From Patellaria atrata CBS 101060 (taxonomy: Eukaryota), in NCBI GenBank assembly GCA_010093705.1, contig MU006089.1, forward strand, positions 2,839,561 through 2,903,560: a stretch of 64,000 nt of DNA. Direction: 5' to 3'. Shown here in pieces: positions 48,305-62,543 of this stretch. The notes beneath the pieces were generated by a model. The model was given only the letters and a program-made list of their open reading frames with translations, was not told the origin of the DNA and did not search any database. Position 1 is the stretch's first letter; each line of letters opens with the position of its first letter. The position numbers and the translations under genes are program-made.

Positions 48305-50726
48305 AGAGGGAGGAGACTGGAATTCCTTGAAGGTAGCTGCGATTGTTCAGGATATTTGGTTATCTCTTTTATGCTCCTAGTTGTACTGTACTATAGGGTT
48401 AAAAGGGTGTTAAAAATTGATGTCAAAGAAATGAATAGGTAATGGAATCATGGCAATTTACGGGCTTCTTCTCCAGCATCTTCTCCCGCATCTTCATGGT
48501 GGCCTTTGAAGTCATATCTTATTCTTGCGTACATCGCACTGGCCAAATTATTTTCTTGTATCCTTAACTGTACGATAAGTTTCTGCGATCTTGAATTAGA
48601 AGGCCATGATAATGACACCGTAAGAGCCCTATACACCTTTGTAAACTCTTCGTGGGGGAACCCCCTAGATAGTGATACCTTCATTCTGCTAAGATTATTT
48701 GAGATTCTCTGACAATTATTGGTAATTGTACGGAGGAGAATTGTTGTTTTCAGCCCCTGACTCACCATGACTGTGCTTGCAGATATGAGTCAAAGTTATT
48801 CATCATCTCTCCCCTGGCTTGAAAGGCTCTCGTAAGTCCTTCCATCTCTTCATCGATCACTCTAAGCCTGTCTGAAGCCAATCTTCTCGTCTCAAGGTTA
48901 GCAAAAAAAAAAAGCCGATCTCAAACATTCAATGCACCAAAACTGTGCTCGTACTTATTCTCATCTTGACCATCCTCTCCAGGCTTACCGTCGCTGCCCC
49001 TGGTGTGCCAGCAGTCTTGGAATGTCCAGAATATCTCCCTCCCACTGGGGACATCTCCGACGAATGCATCTTTAACTTCCGGGCCTCTACTTCATCTAAT
49101 ATGAATAGCGAAAACGGTATCACACGTCGAATCCTGCACTAATGCGCAGAAACGTGCATGGCTGATGACTCTGATATATGAGAGGAATGGTAGATGCTTC
49201 ACAAGAGTTCCGATTTCCAGTGGGTGGACAAAATGTATAGTTAGGATTACGGACTGATAGAGATATCGAGAAACATGTAAAGGTAGATATGAATGAATTG
49301 ATGGAATCTAAACTCCGAAGAGAGAAAGAAGCCAACTCACCATAATAGGATTTACTTTGATGCTGGTGTACCATGGTCACCGGGTTTGCATGAACTCCTG
49401 GTGTCCCATCCTGCTTAAGATACGTTAGCTACCATCCTACGTCGAAAAGCAGAGAGCTCACCGTAACTCCAACAAGCAACATTCCAACACGCCGTTAATC
49501 GGAGCCACTAAGTCCAACTCTCCATCTTAAGCCTCTCTTAGCTCGGTGAAGCCGTCCTCATACTCCCACCTTCCATCTCATCGTCCACCCTCATCCGCTA
49601 ATCTCGGCGAATATCAAACCCCCTAATGCAGAATGACTTCAAGTGCCCTTCATCACACTCAAAATTCACATATTCAACTTCCCGTGCGAGCTGATGGACG
49701 ATTATGAAGTTGGATTAGAGACTCTATCCGAGCCCTTAGTCTCGGGAGATGACGTCTCTTCCCGCCTTTAGCTCTCACTCACCCGAAGAAGCAAGCATCC
49801 TCGGCATCCGCGCCAAGCGATTGGTCTCTTCGCTTTCGGTTTCAATCGAGGATACCTTGATAGTAAGCTGACGCTCTGATAAAAACACCATGAAATATCA
49901 GTCCAGCAAGTATGTTCAGGATTAGATAGCCCATGTAAGCACATAAGGTAGGGTAGTACAAATCCGATCTCCCTTACATCTCACGTGCCCATCACGATAA
50001 GAACTCGCCCAGGGTTCCCAGAAAAGCTGAAAAAGCGTCTGCTTCTGCATACTAGAAGCGGTAGTGACCGGGAGGAAGGTGTGCAAGGTAAGCGTGGTAA
50101 GGTAACGTTACCTTAGGACCCGTTAGCACGGATGTGTAGATCCTCTGAGCCGATGGGCAGGGTCCACGGTGGGCCTGATCGACAACGACGAATATGTCCA
50201 TCTTTCAACGGTCAGGTAGGTAAGTGGAGACAACGGAAATATGGGAATTCACGCAATGAGGTTCGGTTATCGATAACTTAAATGGAACTTGGAAGAGATA
50301 CAGGTTAGCAGACCAGCGATTGTATATATTGTTGATCAGCTGATCAGTTGATAGCGACATTAGTTGGGTTAGCCATAACAGGAAAGGGAATTTAGAGATA
50401 GAAGTTAGCAAAGAGTACTTGTTGAGCTTTTTATGAGACAATTTGTAGCACCGCAATAGCGGTTGTTTCATTCTCACTAACAGTTTCAAATTACCCAACC
50501 CTAACCCAATTAACTCCACCATTATGTGCAATCCAAGCTCACGGGTATACACTTATGTAGGAGCCACCGCCTATTAGCAGGTCCAATTATGAGGATATTT
50601 TAACCCTTTTGCGTGAACTTTTGAGAGAGTAAAGAAAATCAATCCGACGTAATGACGCACCAATGACATAACGCATCAAATCCCCGGAAATGCGAATATG
50701 CAATCCAAAGAAGACAAAGAGATGAC

Positions 50727-53066
50727 TTAATAACCATTGACAGTGATTCCATTGCGCATTCCATTCGTAAATCCATTGACAGCCTTCTCGAGATGGTCGA
50801 CAATATGGCTGTGCGCATCAGGTTCGCTTGGTAGTTCCCCCTTTTCGTCGATGGGGGAGCTCGCTGGCGAAAGTTCGCGCGATGGGACATCTGAGGAGTT
50901 CCGTTTGATCGGTCGGAAAGGGTTGGGTGTTGAGGGGCGACTCGATAAGAACTGTTGGTGGTTAGACGAGGCGATGTAGTCGTAGATGGTAAGGAATCTA
51001 GGAGGTGTAGTCGAAAGTAGAAGAAAATATTGTCATAGGAAATTTTGCCCTAGAAAATATAATCATAAACTCCGTTGTAGAGAAAGTTGGCATATGAAAT
51101 CTTATCCCTGGAATTACTCTTGCTGAACATATTGACATAGGAAATCTTGTCCCAGAAAATATTATCGTAGAAAGTTTAGTTGTAGAAAATCTTTGCCGTA
51201 AGAAATCATAGGGGTCCGCTATCGGAATCTAATGTGTAAAGGTTAAAGCTGGAGAATAAAGTTCACTAACCGATGATGCAGCCGAGAGGAGAGCGATGAG
51301 AGATGCTTGTACAACATCCTCATGAATACCAACACCCCAGACCTTGTCTTCTGAGAACGGTGTAGAGCATTCGATGAACGTCGCTGCCTTGACATTTTTA
51401 CCTTCACCAATGGCATGTTCCTTATAATCGACGACATCGAAATCGACGCCAAGAGTCTTCAAGGCATTCGAAAGAGACGAGATAGCACCGTTACCGATGC
51501 CAGAAATCTGGTGCTCCATACCGTCGATTTCAACAACACCATGGAACCTTCTCTTGAGATTTCTTGTACTTTGCGTCTTTCCTGGTTCTGGTGGAGCGGG
51601 CGATGAGGAACGATCTGCTTGGATTTCGTAGTCGAGTAGGTTGAATCTTGGATTCTTCTTCAAGTGATAAGCTTCCACGAAAAGCTTCTCGATCTCGACA
51701 GGAAGGAGCTCGCGCCCAAGCATGTCCGTTTGTCTTTGAACAATCTTCGAGAATGCGATTTGTAGGCCGCGAGGGAGGTCCAAATCGAGAGTACGTTGAA
51801 TGATCCAAGCAACACCACCTTTTCCACTTTGTGAGTTGACTCGAATGATGGCCTCGTAAGTACGGCCAATATCTTGAGGATCCAATGGTAGATACGGAAT
51901 TTCCCAACGATCGTTGTCTTTCGCGCCCTCCAGCTTGCGCCTCTGGAATCCTTTCTTGATGGCGTCTTGATGGGAGCCGCTGAAAGCACACACGACAAGC
52001 TGACCTCCGTAAGGTGCGCGAGCATGCACTGGAATCTTAGTGCTCTTCTCGACGACATTAATCACTGAAGTGATATCAGAGAAGTCGATGTTTGGATGAA
52101 TTCCCTGCGTGTACAAGTTAAGGGCGAGAGTGACCAGGTCAACATTTCCAGTTCGCTCTCCGTTACCGAAAAGAGTGCCCTCTACTCTGTCAGCGCCGGC
52201 CATCTGTGCTAATTCTGCCGCCGCTACGGCACATCCTCTATCGTTGTGTGGATGGAGGGATACACAGATCTTCTCCCTCTCTGAAATGTTTCTGCAGAAG
52301 AATTCAACCTGATCTGCGTATACGTTGGGTGTTGACATTTCGACGGTAGCGGGAAGATTGAAGATGATAGGATTCTCCTCTGTAGGACCCCATGCTTCCT
52401 TGACGGCTTCGCAGACTTCAAGAACGAAGTTTGGGTCTGAGTCTGAAAAAGTCTCGGGGGAGAACTCGAATGCCCATTCTGTACCTGCTTGACTAGGGTC
52501 GTCCTTTGTCAATGATCTAGCGTACTTGGTACATTCCACGGCCTTAGCTTTGCTCTGACCATTGTTCATATTGAAGACTGTCTTTTGAAAGCATGGACTG
52601 GTTGCCAAGTAGAGATGGAGAATGGCCTTCTTCGCGCCTTTCAGAGATTTTACGGTGGGGAGGATGAGCTCTGGGCGGCATGGTGAGAGGACTTGCAACC
52701 AGACATCGTCCGGAACAATTCCTGGGGTCTCAACCAATCTTCTAGTGAAGTAGAAGTCGGTGTCAGAGGCGGAAGGGAAAGAAACCTCAATCTCTTTGTA
52801 ACCTAGTTGGACGAGCATTTGAAAGTATTGAAATTTCTGCTCTCCATCCTGTGATTGTTATCAATTGGAATGTCCAGGGAGAAAGGAAGGCACGGTATGT
52901 CTTAGATGCGTACCATAGGGTCAACCAGACTCTGGTTGCCATCCCTCAAGTCTGTTGACAACCAACGCGGTGGCTTGTCAATAGTCTTCGAGGGCCATTG
53001 TCGGTTGGGAATATCCAAAGGTTGGAATTTCTTGTATTTCTTGGAGGGATCCTTGAGCATAGGCAT
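50727..53066 (-). CDS. LEU4: 2-isopropylmalate synthase
   Basis: [77 protein letters not shown]. Last intron 50952-51270, final exon [12 protein letters not shown]. Confidence 0.97.
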
Positions 53067-54361
53067 GATGAAAGGAAAGAGAGTAAGTAATCAGGAAGAA
53101 AAAATAATTACAACAATTGTGTTTGCTTCATGAATGTTTGGGGGGTCAAGAGGTTTTTGAATGCTGGATGAGTCGAAGTACACGGCTGTATCCAAAATTC
53201 TTCAGTTAGCCGGTTATTGGTGGGGCCGCGGCTAGCGTGCGCGATGACACAAGTGGGCGAAACTTCTGAACTCGATCTCAGGGCTCAAAGGCTCAGGGTT
53301 CGCTGGCATTCTGGCAAGAACAACCAAGAACGCCCAAGAGCGCCTTCCGCCTGCCTGAACTCCCTCCCCCAGGTACGGCAAGGTACAGCAAACTATACAG
53401 GTCAGGTACTGGGTACTGATGTTACAATATTAAAAACAGGCAGGTTCAATTCCTTTTTCGCCTCTACCGACACGGCGAACACCACCGCTATTGTCTGTGC
53501 ATCAGACGTTTCATACGCTAAAAGCCAATGCCTCATGGGATGTCAGAGTCTTAGAGAGATTCCCTCATGGTATGTTAAGCATATTTCGCGTATGTCCCCG
53601 GCAAACTTCTCCTTTCACACTCATCTCCTGCGTATACCCCTCCTCCGATCTTCGCTCACCGCATCACCGCATCTACCGCATTCACCACTTGGGTCAAAGC
53701 TATTTGTGATGATACGATCAGATTTTATTCTTACCTGACTTCGTAGTATTACGCGCAAATGTCATCAGGTTTGAAGTTTAATTCAGCTTCATTACCCGAG
53801 CGACTAAGGTATCTTAGCAAAATCGAACGAGAACTGTCTGACTGTGTCATCGTGTTTTCATTCTTATCATCAGCTTTAGGTTGAAGTCGAAAGTTCTATA
53901 TTTGCGTACTACCTTACTTCTAACATATTTCGCAATGACGACGCGGCGCACTTCATACAGTAGCCTCTTGATGCACTGACCATATTCAATATCGAAAAGC
54001 TTTTATATCAGAATTAACAGATTATCCACCGCCACGACTCCATCCTTTCCGCCTCTTCCCCAGAGTTTTGGCACTTTTGGGGTCAGCGTCCGAGAGAGTA
54101 GAAGTACCCAATGTAAGGTAGGTAATTAACCTTCGTATACTTGTAGCTACTAACTTGTTTTCACTTGTCTTCGCCCACGCCTTCTAGCCGGTTTAGGCAA
54201 TTTCGGTGGATTATCAACCAATAGCATCTTACAATGCATAATAACCAAATGCCCTCATTCGTCGAGTGGCTGCTGCTGCCACTTCTGTATCACCTAATGC
54301 ACGCAAGCTGAGCTAGCACGGGTATTGCCTGCGATACTGGCTTTGCGATATCGCCATTATT

Positions 54362-55603
54362 TCATAGTTTGCTGTCTGCAGGTTGTTTCAATCGACACAT
54401 TCCCTACGTCCATGTTTTTAGTAGCTTTCTAAACTTCAGTTTGTAAATCAAGGCATACCTCTTGGACACACGTGGCGATCAGCTTCCCATCTCTCGTAAA
54501 CATCCGTTGGATCACGAGACCCCGGCCATCTCCAGTCCACGGACTCTCCATTTCCGTATACATCCATTCATCTGCGCGAAAGTCTCTGGGATTATGGAAG
54601 AAGATGGTATGATCAAGACTGACCATCATGCCGATCTCTGGCCTTGGATCGGGTTGGTCCCATTTACCGGTACGCTGTCTTTCTCGTATTCTCTTAATAA
54701 GTTCATCATCCATACCTGGTAATTTCCTGATATCGTCATCGTCCATTTCCAAGAGCTTCTTCAATACATCTGCATCTACAGTCGGTTTGCCGTCCTTTCC
54801 AGGAGGAGTGAACCGCCAAACTTTATGTACTCGGGCAATCGTGCCAACGAAGTAACTGTCAGACATATATGCCAGCGCAGAGAGATGAGCTTCATGGCCA
54901 CCGCTTTCAGATATCTTACCTCGTGCTCTGATCCATTGTCGAATGCGTTTGGTATGGATCTCAGGAGAATCGTCTTTTCTAGTATCAGCATATCACGGAT
55001 AACCTAAGAAATCCTTTCGACCTACTGTTCTCGATATCTATCCTCTGACTCTGAAATGGACCCTGTGAGCCTTGGGGCGCCCTGAAATCGTCGATATTTT
55101 CAACTGGATCAGGGACATCTGGCATGGTCGTTGAGTGTTCAAGTTTTAACTTTCCCCCACTATTTTCTCTCACAAAACTAATTGTGGTTGTAAATATGAT
55201 GGCGCCCCTTTGACGAGCTTGAACGGTACGCGTCGCAAACGAACGACCCTCTCGGACGTGCTCCACATGGTATATCACAGGCATCTCACTACTGCCGGCG
55301 AGGACGAAGTAGCAATGCATGGAGTGTCCCGTGAAATTCTTTGGCACCGTGCGCTGTGCAGCTGCAAGACTCTGCGCGATGACGCAGCCGCCGTATAGAC
55401 CGCGCGCCCCTGGAGGATGCCATAACTCGCGAGTGTTGGTAAAGAGGTTCTAAGGGATGAATATAATCAGTATATGTACGCAAATTGATGACACGAGGAG
55501 GGAGTATTACAGGATCAATGTCGGTCAATTGCGTCAATTCCAGCGTATTTTCGATGTTAGACTTAACAGGGTCAACTTTCGGAGGTCTGATAAGTGTAGA
55601 CAT
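54362..55603 (-). CDS. TES1: Peroxisomal acyl-CoA thioesterase II (TesB/TES1/ACOT8 family)
   Basis: HSMHCYFVLAG, VREGRSFATRTVQARQ, AYMSDSYF, MMVSLDHTIFFH, TGDGRG, ATCVQE; last exon ends ..QPADSKL* (PTS1 signal). Confidence 0.9.
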
Positions 55604-56485
55604 GTCGTTGTGAATAATTGGGAGTCTATCTCTCTTTTGTGGCAACCAAGGAGAATACCAGCTAGACATATATCATGGAAAAGCAGGTATTTGAAAGAGC
55701 AGGCCTCACTACATGTTCACAATCACATTCAGATCTATCTACCGGACCAGCCGTGCTTCAAAGATCGCAATGAGGTGGAAGTTCTACGTATCTGATAGCC
55801 GTTGAGCCGAGGCTGGCGGATAAAAGTTTCTGAGAACGCCGACTCCGCGCTCTCCCTCATTTCGCCGTTCGGGATATCCCATGTCCGCAGGTCTGAGTTA
55901 TTACGGTTAGATTGGTACTGACATTTCTCAATACACGTTCCATAGCCCCCCCAAGGGTACCTACAACGGTACTTGTAGTACACAGCAATCGTGCTCTTTG
56001 AGGAACGAATAAATCCCTTATTTGTACGTGGAACATGTCACGATTGCTTTGGGACTGTGCAGTACAGTAGAACTAGTACAAAACATTGCCGAACATCAAT
56101 TTATACTCCGCATTTAGAAGTAGCCAAGGAATACAAGGTCATGTCACTAGTTAAATAAAGTAACATTCGTAAATTCTAAACGAGTGTGGGTGAAACGGAT
56201 TGCTAACACGTCATTTTCGATGGGGCCAAACGGCGGTTCAACACCCTGCGATTAATTCCCGAGTCACTGCAAGCTATCAAGCACTCACGGTCTCACTCTA
56301 ATGTGTGCTTGAAGTCCACACCTAACACCGTGCCGTGTCTACTCGAAGAAGAAGCTCTGTAGACGCTCTTAGAGCCCTTACACTCGTTCTTTTCTTTTAC
56401 TGATCCCGTCCCGCTATTCCGTTCTCTAATCGCACCTGTTCTGGAGCGCGTCGATATACTGCACGACGACAAATGCCAAACCACC

Positions 56486-59400
56486 ATGGCGGATAATCCA
56501 GAACTGCAGGCTAAGCTGCAGGAGTTGGATCACGAATTGGAGGTAAGCTTGTCCAACCATCCACCTACGATTTGACCCTGGAAGAGATCTACAAGACGGC
56601 TAACACCCTTCTCCGTATGCAGGAAGGCGATATAACGCGAAAAGGGTACGCTTGGTCACCATTGAAATGTCTCCCAGTCTCCCACCCCCAGTTTTGAAAT
56701 TGCGGCAATAGAAATCCTCACATGGTTCTTCTACAAATGAAGCTGACGTATCGTGGTGAAGATATGAAAAAAGGCGTACACTCCTCTTATCACAATTTCT
56801 AGGTTCGCAGGAGCAAGTACAAGGCCTACGCATCCACTCTCCAGAGAATACAACCTATTCTAATAATGGGTCACGCACCGCATCGCTCGCCGGTTTTTCT
56901 AACCGCCCCTCTAGTAGCCAATATGCGCCCAGTGACGACTATCAAGCGCGGTCTCCGATTCCCACTGCAATCCGCGCACATATTCCCGGTTCGAATGACT
57001 ACTTTCCCGCTAACTCAGGGGCACAACCTCCAAGTCAGGTGTCAAGGTTTCAAGAACAGCAATTGGGAGTAAATAGACCGGTACAACGGTTATCATCATA
57101 CGGAGCAGAGACGTTCATACCTAGACCACAGACGCCGGATTATCATACATCCAGGGAGGGGACTATGGTCAATTCTGATTATGCCTTCAATCCAGCTACG
57201 CAGAACTATTACGGAGATCAGTCACCGGCAGGATACGGATCCCCGGAAGCGGTAAGCCGGAAGAGTACTATGTTAGACTCGCAGCAGGGCTATTTTTCAG
57301 ACTTCGCAGGACAACAGCCGCATGCGCAACGGGATAGTTACGGAGGGCCACATCGATATTCGTCTGGAGATGCATTTTCTCCCACAGCTGCAGCCCCTCC
57401 TCCCATGCTAGGCCCTAACGATCTTCCTTCAGCTGGATTCGTTGAGTGTCAGATGCCACTTGAGCCTCGAGAAGTCCCTTTCGCAGTATTTGATCCCCAC
57501 AATGGAAATGTTCCGATGTCAAAGTTTGACAGTATTGGGGCTGTGCTCCGGCATCGCGGGAAGACTAACCCGAAACAACCAGCATATTGGGTCTTAGATA
57601 ATAAAGGCAAGGAAACATCGTCCATCACGTGGGAGAAGCTACATAGTCGAGCAGAAAAGGTGGCTCAGGTTATCAGAGATAGAAGCAATCTGTATCGGGG
57701 AGATCGAGTTGCCCTCGTCTACCGTGATTCAGAAATCATAGAATTTGCAGTTGCGCTTCTCGGATGTTTTATTGCTGGAGTCGTCGCAGTTCCCATCAAC
57801 AATGTTGACGATTACGCAAAGTTGACCCTCCTTTTGACAACTACTCAGGCCCATCTTGCCTTGACCACGGATTCTAACCTCAAGGTATTCAATCGAGACA
57901 TTAGTACACAAAGACTTAAGTGGCCCACTGGGGTAGAATGGTGGAAAACCAACGAATTTGGTAGCTACCATGCCAAAAAGAAAGATGACACTCCAGCTTT
58001 ACAAGTTCCCGATTTAGCATATATCGAGTTTTCAAGAGCACCTACTGGTGACTTAAGAGGCGTTGTCTTGAGCCACCGCACCATAATGCATCAAATGGCA
58101 TGCTTAACTGCTATTATCTCTACAGTGCCAACTCGCGAAAACCAGGATACTTTCAGCTCTACTCTGCGAAATTCAAGCGGTGGATTCATTGCTGCAGGTC
58201 CAAATACCGGTGGGGAAGTTATACTCAGCTATCTCGACCCACGTGAGGGCGCAGGTATGATTCTGGGTGTTCTACTCGGGGTTTATGGTGGCCACACTAC
58301 GGTCTGGTTAGAAGCCAGGACTGTCGAGACTCCAGGTCTCTATGCACATCTTATTTCAAAGTATAAGACCACAATCATGGTAGCGGACTATCCTGGACTT
58401 AAGCGAGTAGCGTTCAACTATCAGCAAGATCCTATGTCCACAAGAAACTTCAAGAAAAACATGGAACCAAATTTTGCTACAGTTAAGCTATGTTTGATTG
58501 ATACACTGACGGTTGATTGTGACTTTCATGACATTCTCGCAGATAGATGGCTACGACCGATGAGAAACCCACGCGCAAGAGATATCGTTGCACCCATGCT
58601 GTGCTTACCTGAACATGGAGGGATGATTATCTCTGTCAAAGATTGGTTAGGTGGTGAAGAACGCATGGGCTGTCCATTAAGTACAGATGAAGGCATCGAA
58701 GATATTGAAGAGGAAGTTACCACACCAGACGACGTCCAAAATGGATATAGGAGTCTTATTGCCGGTGCTACAGTAAAAACGAAGAATCAGAAAAAGAAGA
58801 CAGAACTTACTGAAGTTTTGCTAGATAAAGAGGCGCTGAAAACTAATGATATTATCATACTTGGCAGGACCCCCGAGGAGATCGAAAAACACAAAAACGA
58901 TCCAAACGTTATTCGTGCAGGTGCTTTTGGGTACCCAATACCAGACGCGACTCTGGCTCTTGTAGACCCAGAAACGAACCTACTTTGCTCACCTTACAGT
59001 ATTGGAGAAATATGGGTTGATTCTCCCTCATTATCAGGAGGCTTTTGGGCACTTCCCAAGCACACAGAGACAATCTTTCATGCACGTCCTTACAGGTTTA
59101 TGGAAGGTAATCCAACACCAGTACTTGTCGAGCCCGAGTTTCTGCGTACTGGCCTTCTCGGTTGTATTATTGAAGGTAAAATATTTGTGATTGGTCTATA
59201 TGAAGATCGCATTCGACAAAGGGTTGAATGGGTTGAGAACGGTATTCAAGACATTGAGTACAGATATTTCTTCGTCCAGCATCTTGTTGTTAGTATCATG
59301 AAAACGGTCCCTAAAATTTACGATTGGTAAGTCGCTCACTCTTCTTCAATCATTATGAAAAGCTCACGTCACCAGTTCTGCGTTTGATTCCCATGTTAAC

Positions 59401-62400
59401 GGGGAATTTCTGCCTATCATTCTCATCGAGACACAAGCAGCATCTACTGCTCCAACAAATCCAGGAGGACCTCCGCGACAACTGGATATTCCATTCCTTG
59501 ATTCGCTATCTGAACGTTGTATGGAAGTACTGTATAATGAACACCACCTACGTGTATACTGTGTGATGGTTACAGCTCCCAACACGCTACCGAGGGTAGT
59601 CAAGAACGGGAGACGAGAAATTGGCAACATGCTCTGTCGCAGAGAATTTGATAATGGGTCGCTTCCCTGTGTACACGTCAAATTTGGCGTCGAACGAGCA
59701 GTACTAAATCTTCCAGTCGGCGATGATCCTGCTGGAGGAATCTGGTCACCTCTATCTTCCCAAAGAAGAGTACAACTGCTACAAATGCAAGATAAGCAAT
59801 ACTCTGGTGTTGACTATCGTGAGGTAGTCATTGATGATCGAACATCTACACCACTGAATCAATTCTCCAACATCCATGATCTTCTACAGTGGCGAGTATC
59901 TAGACAACCGGAGGAGCTCGCATTCTGTTCAGTCGATGGCCGTGGAAAGGAAGGGAAAGGGATCAATTGGAAGAAATTTGACCTCAAGGTCGCTGGTGTT
60001 GCGATGTACTTGAAGAACAAAGTAAAGGTGCAAGCAGGAGATCATGTTCTGCTAATGTACACTCATTCTGAGGATTTTGTGTTCGCAGTACACGCATGCT
60101 TCTGTCTCGGCGTTGTTGCAATCCCCATGGCGCCGATTGATCAGAACAGACTGAGCGAGGATGCACCAGCGCTTCTTCACATGATGGCAGATTTTAGGAT
60201 CAAAGCAGTGCTGGTAAACACTGAGGTTGATCATGTTCTCAAGACTAAAGCGGTCGCCCAGCATATCAAACATACAGCTCTTATACTGAAGATCAACGTT
60301 CCGAACACGTATAATACGACAAAACCGCCGAAGCAATCTTCCGGTTGTCGTGACCTAGGCCTTACTATCAGGCCAGCGTGGGTTCAATCAGATTATCCGG
60401 TATTGGTATGGACGTATTGGACTCCAGACCAACGGAGGATCGCAGTTCAGTTAGGTCACGATATTATCATGGCCCTCTGCAAGGTTCAAAAGGAAACTTG
60501 TCAAATGCCGAGTACTCGACCTGTACTTGGATGCGTGAGAAGCACCATAGGTATGGGATTTATCCATACTTGTCTTATGGGGGTATTTTTAGGTAAGTTC
60601 TTATTCTAAATATATAAATATGCAAACCTAACAGATATACAGCTACGCCTACTTACCTAGTATCGCCTGTGGACTTTGCTTCAAATCCTAATATTTTGTT
60701 CCAAACTTTATCGAGATACAAGATCAAAGATACATATGCTACGGCTCAAATGCTGGACCATGCAATGTCTCAAGTCGCAGGGAAGACATCCGCGTTGCAC
60801 GAATTGAAGAATCTGATGATTTCTACTGAGGGACGACCAAGACTTGATGTCTATCAGAAAGTACGTGTACACTTTGCGCAAGCCGGACTTGACCGTACCG
60901 CCATCAATACAATTTACTCTCACGTCCTAAACCCCATGGTCGCATCGAGATCATACATGTGCATCGAACCCATAGAGCTCTGGTTAGACATGAACGCACT
61001 ACGACGAGGTCTCATTTGCCCTGTTGACCCAGACACGGATTCCAATAGTCTGCTTGTCCAAGATTCTGGTATGGTACCAGTGAGCACACAAATCGCGATC
61101 GTTAACCCCGAAACCAATAGACTTTGTTTGGTCGGGGAGTACGGCGAGATTTGGGTGCAGTCGGAAGCGAATGCGCACAGCTTCTACGGATCGAGAGATG
61201 CTTTTGACGCTGAAAGATTCAACGGTAGGACGGTTGATGGAGATCCCAATGTCCGCTATGTGAGGACTGGAGATCTAGGTTTCCTGTATAACGTTAGTAG
61301 GCCAATTGGTCCGAATGGACAGCAGGTCGAGATGCAAGTTCTTTTCGTCCTGGGCAATATTGGAGAGACATTTGAGGTAAATGGTCTGAGTCACTTCCCG
61401 ATGGATATTGAGGGTTCCGTGGAGAAATGTCATCGTAATATCGTTCCTGGTGGATGGTAAGTCTATAAGTTCCCCTCAATCATCACTCTCATCCGCACGT
61501 CATATCCATGAGCTAACGACAGACTTTTTCTCAGTGCCGTCTTCCAAGCCGGCGGCCTCGTCGTAATCCTTGTCGAAATCTTCCGAAAAAACTTCCTCGC
61601 ATCCATTGTCCCGGTCATCGTGAACGCAATCCTCAATGAGCACCACCTCGTTGTCGACATCGTCGCCTTCGTCGCGAAAGGTGATTTTCCCCGCTCCCGG
61701 CTCTGTGAAAAACAGCGTGGCAAGATCCTCGGTGCGTGGGTCACGAGGAAAATGCGCACGATTGCGCAGTTCGGAATTAGAGACCCGGATGCAGAGCAAG
61801 GGAGAGAGGGAATGAGTATCCTGGAGGAGAACGGACGGACAGGTACCATGGGCGGTACGAGTACTATAGGCGGTACTAGCATGACTGGTGGTTTCAGAGC
61901 AGCTGCCGGGAGCAGGAAGGGAAGTATGAGCATCAGAAGTGGCACGATGCAGCAGCAACAACAACAATTCATGCCCTACCAAGCACAAGACCCTTTCGCA
62001 AAAGGCATCAGCGAGATGCCTGCCGGGTACGCCGATTCGATCCCCGAAGTTCCGGGTCAAGAAGGCGATATGAGACAAGACAATACACCGGTTGCTGAGA
62101 AGAGCCGGGGTAGCTTTCTGTTCGGGACCGAGGGAATGGGCGTAGTAGGGGGTGGACCGAATCCGTATGCGACGAGTGGCCCGTTTGATGGGAGTGGGAT
62201 TGGGGGTGTCATGGCCAGTCCGACGGATTTGACGCCGAAGGGCGAGGAGGAACAACAACAAGTCCAACCCGGACACCAACAGCTACAGCAGTATTATCAG
62301 GGGATTGGCCATACCATGACCTCAGGACAGAGCTACGCGGACGCCCCGGCCCCGCAACCGAGTTATGGGAATAAGCCATTTTTGGGCCAGAGTGGTGGAC

Positions 62401-62543
62401 TGAGAGAAGGGGGATTGAGGGGTAGAGCGGAGGAAGAGAGGAGAAGGGAGAGTAACCAGAGCAGGCAAAGTAATACGTCTGCTCAGTCAGAGTGGACCAG
62501 GGAGGCGGTGTTGAGTTTGCAGTTGGGTGAGGATGGACGATGA
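56486..62543 (+). CDS. CPS1: CPS1/DIP2-family protein (DMAP1-binding domain plus two acyl-AMP ligase-like domains)
   Basis: Short N-terminal exons give LQELDHELEEGDITRKGYEKRRT (DMAP1-binding). Also LAYIEFSRAPTGDLRGV, FLRTGLLG, YVRTGDLGF, DFPRSRLCEKQRGKIL. Multi-exon. Confidence 0.93.

Noticed and set aside
53160..53260. Gcn4/CpcA-like (ATGAGTCG) and CCG-containing motifs upstream of LEU4
   Set aside because: Imperfect short matches, no clean CCG-N4-CGG Leu3 site seen; expected by chance.
50727..62543. LEU4, thioesterase and adenylation-domain gene as a secondary-metabolite cluster
   Set aside because: All three are conserved housekeeping-type genes; CPS1/DIP2 is not an NRPS, and no PKS, carrier domain or cluster regulator is present.
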